Made by a program: the position numbers and the translations under genes
In this document: positions 58,733-64,000 of the stretch, piece after piece
How positions within the stretch are numbered: the first letter of the stretch is position 1
How the letters are laid out: each line of letters starts with the position of its first letter
DNA from: Methanobacteriota archaeon
GTDB taxonomy: Archaea; Thermoplasmatota; Poseidoniia; Poseidoniales; Poseidoniaceae
Assembly (NCBI GenBank): GCA_018659375.1
Contig: JABJMO010000063.1
Coordinates: 1,782 to 65,781 of the forward strand
DNA length: 64,000 bases
Direction: 5' to 3'
The notes under the pieces: model-generated
The model's input: only the letters and a program-made list of their open reading frames with translations
Told to the model about the DNA's origin: nothing
The model's database searches: none

Positions 58733-59487
58733 CCAAACGAAGGATCGATAAAGTCATCTTTTTCTTCGGGTGCGGGCAACATCGTAGCTGAGTTTTCAAA
58801 TACGTCCCTTACGCTATTTTCTATCTCTCTAGCGTTCTCTAGTAAGTCTCCCAGTGGTATCTCTAGGCCTGTCAAATCACATACTGCTTCAATAGCAATT
58901 GCAGCAGCCCTTGCGTCTGGATACATTGGGCTTGCTTCTGCTAGTAGTGCTGTCACATCAATGCCAAGCCTATCGCCTTCGCCAAGTAAGAACCCGGTTA
59001 TTCCGGCAACTATGCCTTGTTGGATTGGTTCTATACCGGCTCTCTTCAAGTCATCTCTAGCTGATTTTGATGAACCAACTCCGTACAACTCCCCCTGCTC
59101 GAGTTGCTTGTCGTTGGAAGTTACTCCATCGATTATGATTAATTTATCAAACCCTCCTTTAGTATACCATTCGAGAACAGTTGATGCAAACATAATATCT
59201 TGCTTGTCTTGAAATTTTATTTCTGAGGTGAAGACTCCAATGCCGTTACCTTGGTAAACTCTAACTGGATGTTTTGGGATTTCGTCTTGAATTAATGCGA
59301 CTGCTGGAAAATCTGCGTTTAATACAGTTCCCAACTGATTTAATTTCAGGGTTCTAATTATGTGAGAAGCCGCGATGACTCCAACCATCCCAGCAGTGGT
59401 AAAACCGGCTATTGCAACGCCACCAGTAGTTGGGTCTGCTCCACTCTTTAACACAAGAGCGTATCCCTTAAACTCGTGGTCTGTCAT
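58729..59487 (-). CDS. PAC2-family proteasome assembly chaperone
   Basis: GFTTAGMVG.IA, P.R.Y, G.VAGITG.LL, YPDARAA, L.E.A.EIE. Start set at the ATG at 59487. Confidence 0.88.
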   Translation of the reverse strand: MTDHEFKGYALVLKSGADPTTGGVAIAGFTTAGMVGVIAASHIIRTLKLNQLGTVLNADFPAVALIQDEIPKHPVRVYQGNGIGVFTSEIKFQDKQDIMFASTVLEWYTKGGFDKLIIIDGVTSNDKQLEQGELYGVGSSKSARDDLKRAGIEPIQQGIVAGITGFLLGEGDRLGIDVTALLAEASPMYPDARAAAIAIEAVCDLTGLEIPLGDLLENAREIENSVRDVFENSATMLPAPEEKDDFIDPSFG

Positions 59488-59614
59488 GCCTGCCGTTTCA
59501 ACCGTCAAGGAAAGAGTTTGAAAAGACTACTATTAGTTTCTCATACAATTATAAGTTCGGTAATTAATTGTAAACAGTTATCAATGTCCGGCTCTTGGGT
59601 TTTGATGAGATACT

Positions 59615-60115
59615 ATGTCTGATATGAGCAAGATATCGATTCAAGTGGGTGAATTTGAATTTGAATATGAAGGTTCTCAAATTGAAGTCGATGAAAAACT
59701 CGCCCAGTTTAAGGAAGAGGGTTTTTGGAATATCATGGCCGAGAGGTTGCAAGAGGCTAAGGATGTTAACCTCGATGCAAATGCAGTCGTTTCAAAGGAA
59801 CAAGCTGTTTCAGAACGGGGTCTTAAGTTTAGAAATTTAGTTGAAAATTGTAGCCTAGAAGGGAAACCAGACCGTGTACTTGGTGCACTTCATTTTCTAA
59901 GAGACGTTGAAGGACTCAAAGATTGCCCCCCTAGAGTAATCAATGACTTATTTGACGAAGCAAATATTGTGCCTCCCGGTAATCTGTCACTTTATATCAA
60001 TCGATTAAAAGAAAAACAATTTCTCAATATTGCCAATAAACATGGTGATAAGAATCGCTTCGCTGACTTAACTGAGCTTGGAAGAAAACATCTAGAAGAC
60101 AAAGCCGGAAATTGA
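59615..60115 (+). CDS. Hypothetical protein with C-terminal wHTH
   Basis: 'GNLSLYINRLKEKQFL..LTELGRKHLE' wHTH ending. Confidence 0.65.
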   Translation: MSDMSKISIQVGEFEFEYEGSQIEVDEKLAQFKEEGFWNIMAERLQEAKDVNLDANAVVSKEQAVSERGLKFRNLVENCSLEGKPDRVLGALHFLRDVEGLKDCPPRVINDLFDEANIVPPGNLSLYINRLKEKQFLNIANKHGDKNRFADLTELGRKHLEDKAGN

Positions 60116-60124
60116 GGATTATAA

Positions 60125-60565
60125 ATGGTAATGTCTGGCAACCCCGATGATCCTCGAGATAATACCGGAGAGGAAGGCATAGTCTTAGATTGGTCGTATC
60201 AAAACAAAACTGAATCGCTGTTACGTAAAGGGCGTCATCCAGGCTCAAATTTCAAGCGAGCAATACTTGACAGAGCCGATTTAACGGAAGGTGACTTTTC
60301 TAATTGTAATTTTAACAAAGCATCGATGGTAGAGGCTGATCTAATGAAATCAGCATTCGATAATGCTGACTTCCGCGGTGCTGATTTACGTAAAGCAAGA
60401 TTAAACCTGTCCAATTTTAATAATTGTAAATTCAAAGGCGCAGACCTTAGAGGTATCAGAGGAAAATACGCAATTTGGCGTGGTAGTGACTGGTGGAATG
60501 CTACTGTAGACGACAGTTTGGCAAAGGCCCTAAAAAAGAAATGGCCAAAGCCAAGTGATGAGTGA
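60125..60565 (+). CDS. Pentapeptide repeat protein
   Basis: A(D/N)Lxx repeats: ADLTE, ADLMK, ADFRG, ADLRK, ADLRG. Confidence 0.9.
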   Translation: MVMSGNPDDPRDNTGEEGIVLDWSYQNKTESLLRKGRHPGSNFKRAILDRADLTEGDFSNCNFNKASMVEADLMKSAFDNADFRGADLRKARLNLSNFNNCKFKGADLRGIRGKYAIWRGSDWWNATVDDSLAKALKKKWPKPSDE

Positions 60566-60566
60566 T

Positions 60567-61241
60567 TCATTCTTCACTTTCGTTGACTTCATCTGGATTA
60601 ATTAGTTCAACATTTTCCCAGAAATTACCTTTCATGGCTTTGCGTGCTCGAGCATTAATCATTGGTAAAGCGGCAAATGCACCACATACAAACATACATA
60701 CTCCGCAAAGATAGACAAATATCTCATAGGTCAATAACAAAGCGCCGCTAAGATTTGCGTCTGATGCAAGCCTGATTAGTTGGCTACCATATACTCCCGA
60801 AATTAATCCTATAGCAGCTCCTGTGGTGGAAATCACGGGACCTGTTTGTTTTAATCTAAACGTATTTATTGACCCAACCAGAACCAGAAACCCGGCAATA
60901 CCAAGACCGATTGCTCTGATGATAAACCCGTTTGAATCTCTTGCATCATCATGAAATTGTTGATATTGCTCTTCGGTTATTTGCACATCAGATTGGCTAT
61001 TTGGTGTCTCCAATAATGTCTCTACTTCTTCGTCAGAGATATCCTCGGCTGAGTGAAGCAGAAAGTCTTGATAGGATTGGAACAAAATCAAAATAGCCCC
61101 TAAGAATAATAGCATTGCAATTGTCTTTGGACCTTTTTTATCTTCCTTTATTGGGATCCCGCCCCATACATCTTTTGGAACTGAAGATGATGGACTTTCA
61201 TCTTCCATAATTATTGAGAAATCAAATTGTTTTTCAGTCAT
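60567..61241 (-). CDS. Hypothetical membrane protein
   Basis: Four TM helices. Confidence 0.65.
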   Translation of the reverse strand: MTEKQFDFSIIMEDESPSSSVPKDVWGGIPIKEDKKGPKTIAMLLFLGAILILFQSYQDFLLHSAEDISDEEVETLLETPNSQSDVQITEEQYQQFHDDARDSNGFIIRAIGLGIAGFLVLVGSINTFRLKQTGPVISTTGAAIGLISGVYGSQLIRLASDANLSGALLLTYEIFVYLCGVCMFVCGAFAALPMINARARKAMKGNFWENVELINPDEVNESEE

Positions 61242-61250
61242 ATCGGCACC

Positions 61251-61661
61251 TCAAATTAAATGATTAGACAAGCCTTTTGCTAACCAATCTGGAATTTCAA
61301 TAGATTCTAAACTGTCCATATCTACACAAACAGTTACTTGCTTGGAGGACCAGAGATGAGTTTCTTCTTGATTGTAGAAATCGTATTGCCAAGTACATGA
61401 CTTAACGCCCACTTTCAAAATAGAGATCTCGGCAGTAACTACATCACCATATCTTAGAGGATGGAGGAAATTCGTTTCAATATTCACCACTGGAAAACCA
61501 AGCCTATGTTGTTCGATGATTTGAGGATATGATGTGCCACTCATTTCCTCCCAACACTCTTCAAAAAAGCGGTGTGCTAAATCGTATATTCGAGGATAAT
61601 ATGCTATGTTTGCATTATCTATCATTGGATAGTCAACCCTTCTTTGCAAAGTGACGGCCAT
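61251..61661 (-). CDS. Acyl-CoA thioesterase (4HBT/YbgC hot-dog fold)
   Basis: IDNANIAYYP, FPVVNIETNFLHPLRYGD, IP.W. Confidence 0.88.
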   Translation of the reverse strand: MAVTLQRRVDYPMIDNANIAYYPRIYDLAHRFFEECWEEMSGTSYPQIIEQHRLGFPVVNIETNFLHPLRYGDVVTAEISILKVGVKSCTWQYDFYNQEETHLWSSKQVTVCVDMDSLESIEIPDWLAKGLSNHLI

Positions 61662-61723
61662 ATCTAGTCCATCCAGTGCGTAATGATGAATCCTTGTATG
61701 ACGGTTTTTTTAACCCGTTGCGC

Positions 61724-61730
61724 TTATATT
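61724..61730 (+). promoter_or_regulatory. Candidate TATA box of tRNA-Arg(GCG)
   Basis: TTATATT about 25-30 nt upstream of the tRNA 5' end. Confidence 0.5.
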
Positions 61731-61754
61731 GGCCTCTCCAGTCGCATGGTTTAC

Positions 61755-61831
61755 GGCCCCATAGTGTAGCTTGGATATCACACTGGTTTGCGGAACCAGT
61801 AACCCGTGTTCGAATCGCGGCGGGGCCGCCA
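61755..61831 (+). tRNA. tRNA-Arg(GCG)
   Basis: GGCCCCATAGTGTAGCTTGGATATCACACTGGTTTGCGGAACCAGTAACCCGTGTTCGAATCGCGGCGGGGCCGCCA; anticodon GCG; encoded CCA. Confidence 0.93.
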
Positions 61832-61842
61832 TTTACTCTCAA

Positions 61843-62535
61843 TCATATCTTCCAAGATTTTATTTGCCAACCCTGCTCTGTGGCCATTTTTGTCATCTTT
61901 GCCCCAGGATTTACGGCAATTGGATTCCCTGTGATTCGCATAAACCACGTATCAGCCATAGTGTTCCCATAACCAAAACACTGAGAAAGGTCGTGGCCAT
62001 TTTTATCGGCATCTTGTTGAACAATTGGAACTTTACCTTTCCTTCTTGGCACACTCCAACCTATTTCTGAGCCTGACATCATACCATTTCGGCTCTCTGG
62101 GCCACAGCCATACACCGCATCCATTCCAAGTACAGCAGCCATTGCTTCTGCCATTGGGGCAATCGTCGCAGTGACTAAGACTAACCGATGGCCTTGGTTT
62201 CGATGCCATGTTAAACAATCCCACGCTTCTTGAGGTATTTTTTGTTTAAGTTGGTTTTCTGCGATGGGTGTCGAATAATCTTCTAACACTTTCCAAGAGG
62301 CGAGCGAAAAGTGACCTCTGTTTCTTGCTGCATCGTATAATGATCGGCCGCGCAATAAATTGCCAACCAGTCCGAGTGTCCACATCACTGTCCCCACAGG
62401 TATTCTCCAAGGTCGCTTTTTGGCTAGATGAACGGTCAGAGTTTTTTCACTAGATGAATCTAGTAATGTCCCATCAAGGTCAAAATATGCTGCAACTTGA
62501 CCACTCATTGACTCTGCGTTATAACTATCATACAT
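61843..62535 (-). CDS. HAD-IB family hydrolase
   Basis: YFDLDGTL, LVTAT, GK, YGNTMAD, AVNP. Confidence 0.88.
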   Translation of the reverse strand: MYDSYNAESMSGQVAAYFDLDGTLLDSSSEKTLTVHLAKKRPWRIPVGTVMWTLGLVGNLLRGRSLYDAARNRGHFSLASWKVLEDYSTPIAENQLKQKIPQEAWDCLTWHRNQGHRLVLVTATIAPMAEAMAAVLGMDAVYGCGPESRNGMMSGSEIGWSVPRRKGKVPIVQQDADKNGHDLSQCFGYGNTMADTWFMRITGNPIAVNPGAKMTKMATEQGWQIKSWKI

Positions 62536-62558
62536 GAGTGAAACGGCTAATTTTGATT

Positions 62559-62846
62559 TTAATTGGCCTTTTCATCACTAAACCTTGAGCGGTCACCGTA
62601 AACCCTTCTACCGGCTCGGTGGTCTTGCCACCACGCTAATTTCTCTCCTAGGTTTCGTGAAATAAAGAAACCTACTTTTCTTGGAGTGAGTCCGTGATTC
62701 CGCATTGACTTCTCGTGTGATAGATTGGCTACAATAGATTGCGCAGAACATCCATGGTTAGCGGTAACAAAGCTAATTATCTCCTGTTTCAGTCTTTCAA
62801 ATCTAGCCTTCTTTTGGGTACCTGTGCCGCCCCTATTATGTTTCAT
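62559..62846 (-). CDS. Small basic hypothetical protein
   Basis: K/R-rich 95 aa, co-oriented with its neighbours. Confidence 0.6.
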   Translation of the reverse strand: MKHNRGGTGTQKKARFERLKQEIISFVTANHGCSAQSIVANLSHEKSMRNHGLTPRKVGFFISRNLGEKLAWWQDHRAGRRVYGDRSRFSDEKAN

Positions 62847-62906
62847 AATAGGAAATAATCAAGTGAACCCATATCAAAGATACGGTGGTAATCCCATTAA
62901 GATAAG

Positions 62907-63269
62907 TCACTGGAAGTTTACTGGTTGTATAGTTTTCCAACTTGCTGTAGCAAGTTTCTTGGCTTTTCCATCAGCAATGATGGGATTAATTGTTTGAAGT
63001 TTACCATGCATTCCATGGACTTGGAATTTAACCTTTAATTCTGCAACTCTATCGCGCTGTAGAGTCTCTATTTGTTCATCTGTTAGGTCCACAGAAGCAA
63101 GTTCTTTTCCGGTATTGATATCTGAAATCGTGAATTGATTTTCGGATACCGAGAGAGAAGGTCTGAACTCCCAGTCGTCAGGATGAATCATCCATACCGA
63201 AACATCAACAGACAGTGTGTCTTTGATTTTTACTTTACTAATCTCTACGGTGTCTACCATGCTGTTCAA
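62907..63269 (-). CDS. Hypothetical protein
   Basis: ORF preceded by a GGGGAGG RBS; true start may be the ATG at 63260. Confidence 0.65.
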   Translation of the reverse strand: MNSMVDTVEISKVKIKDTLSVDVSVWMIHPDDWEFRPSLSVSENQFTISDINTGKELASVDLTDEQIETLQRDRVAELKVKFQVHGMHGKLQTINPIIADGKAKKLATASWKTIQPVNFQ

Positions 63270-63316
63270 ACCTCCCCAATAGATAGTTGTTGATTATTGT
63301 TTCATCCTCAGTTGAA

Positions 63317-64000
63317 TCAGACTGCAACCTCAGTTAGAACCGGTATTTGGATTTCGATAACTACTTGCAATGTCCAGTCGTTTCCAGGGTCCGGATCTGG
63401 AAAGCCCTCTATTAGCGGGTCTGGATCGGCTTGTTGAGCAAAGATGGTCCATTCCCATTCACCTTGTGCTGTTCTAAAACCTGGTTTTTCCAGAAGTAAT
63501 GCCAATACTTCTTCTGCGGAGTCAGCGGTATATGTGCCGTCTTCACCTGTTGGATTTATTGCATAACGATCCATTTCCGCTTTGGAGGTCTCGTTAGCTG
63601 TGATGTTGCCACCTTGGGTTTTTGCTGATTTTGAATAACCGTCATTTGGAATTGATAATTCTAAGGTGAAATTATCTTGCGGGCCTAGTTCTTGGTCCAG
63701 TTCTAACACTGCATAGAAGGCGAGGATGCGTCCTTCAACTCCGGGGTTAATACTTTCTTCCCAAGAGGTCCCTTGGTCAAGGTAGCCATCTCTATCCATG
63801 GTTATTTCCTTGGTCTTCCACTCAACTTCAAAGGTTCGAGTGGAAATTTCAATCTCAAAGGATAGGTAATCAGTTGCTCCATCGCCATCAGATACCGTCA
63901 CACTGCCTCGCTTGGTACCGGAGTTGTTGGTCGGTAGTAAGACGGTTGGAGTAATGGCATCGGCATCGTTTCGGTTATCGCCATCTTTATCGCTATCAAC
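63317..64000 (-). CDS. PKD-like surface protein (5' end outside the window)
   Basis: Frame is open to the window edge (VDSDKDGDNRNDAD..VTVSDGDGATD), a PKD-type 'TVSDGDG' motif. Confidence 0.65.
   Translation of the reverse strand, partial: VDSDKDGDNRNDADAITPTVLLPTNNSGTKRGSVTVSDGDGATDYLSFEIEISTRTFEVEWKTKEITMDRDGYLDQGTSWEESINPGVEGRILAFYAVLELDQELGPQDNFTLELSIPNDGYSKSAKTQGGNITANETSKAEMDRYAINPTGEDGTYTADSAEEVLALLLEKPGFRTAQGEWEWTIFAQQADPDPLIEGFPDPDPGNDWTLQVVIEIQIPVLTEVAV

Noticed and set aside
50987..61831. Integrated element at one of the three tRNA genes
   Set aside because: No integrase and no duplicated tRNA 3' end were seen; flanking genes are housekeeping.
61633..62070. Short ORFs overlapping tRNA-Arg(GCG)
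   Set aside because: They overlap a clear tRNA and the HAD gene; spurious.

Overview
A gene-dense, roughly 40% GC archaeal chromosomal segment. It carries TFB, RpoP, Top6A/B, the PoK/PPS CoA route, split GuaAA, Trm1 and a PAC2 chaperone. The mix of archaeal information genes, bacterial-like metabolic genes and large TSP3/vWA/CARDB/PKD surface proteins best fits Marine Group II (Poseidoniales); that assignment is inferred, not tested. I call about 55 CDS, including bolA and rpoP, which the ORF track misses, plus three tRNAs (Arg-CCT, Asp-GTC, Arg-GCG). I saw no CRISPR array, integrase, transposase or prophage. The most notable items are: (1) a 1714-aa membrane protein with a MIDAS vWA domain inserted in a seven-bladed propeller followed by an Ig-like stalk, an integrin-alpha-like layout; (2) a CDIN1/C15orf41 (TPD) nuclease homolog; (3) an Sct1/Gpt2-type glycerol-phosphate acyltransferase; (4) two probable pseudoenzymes (SdhA-like and class II aldolase/adducin-like); (5) a sensor-less STAND ATPase; (6) a membrane-tethered regulator with a BsuPI-like ectodomain; (7) a chimeric LeuRS. 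All family assignments come from recognising motifs by eye; no database searches were run.
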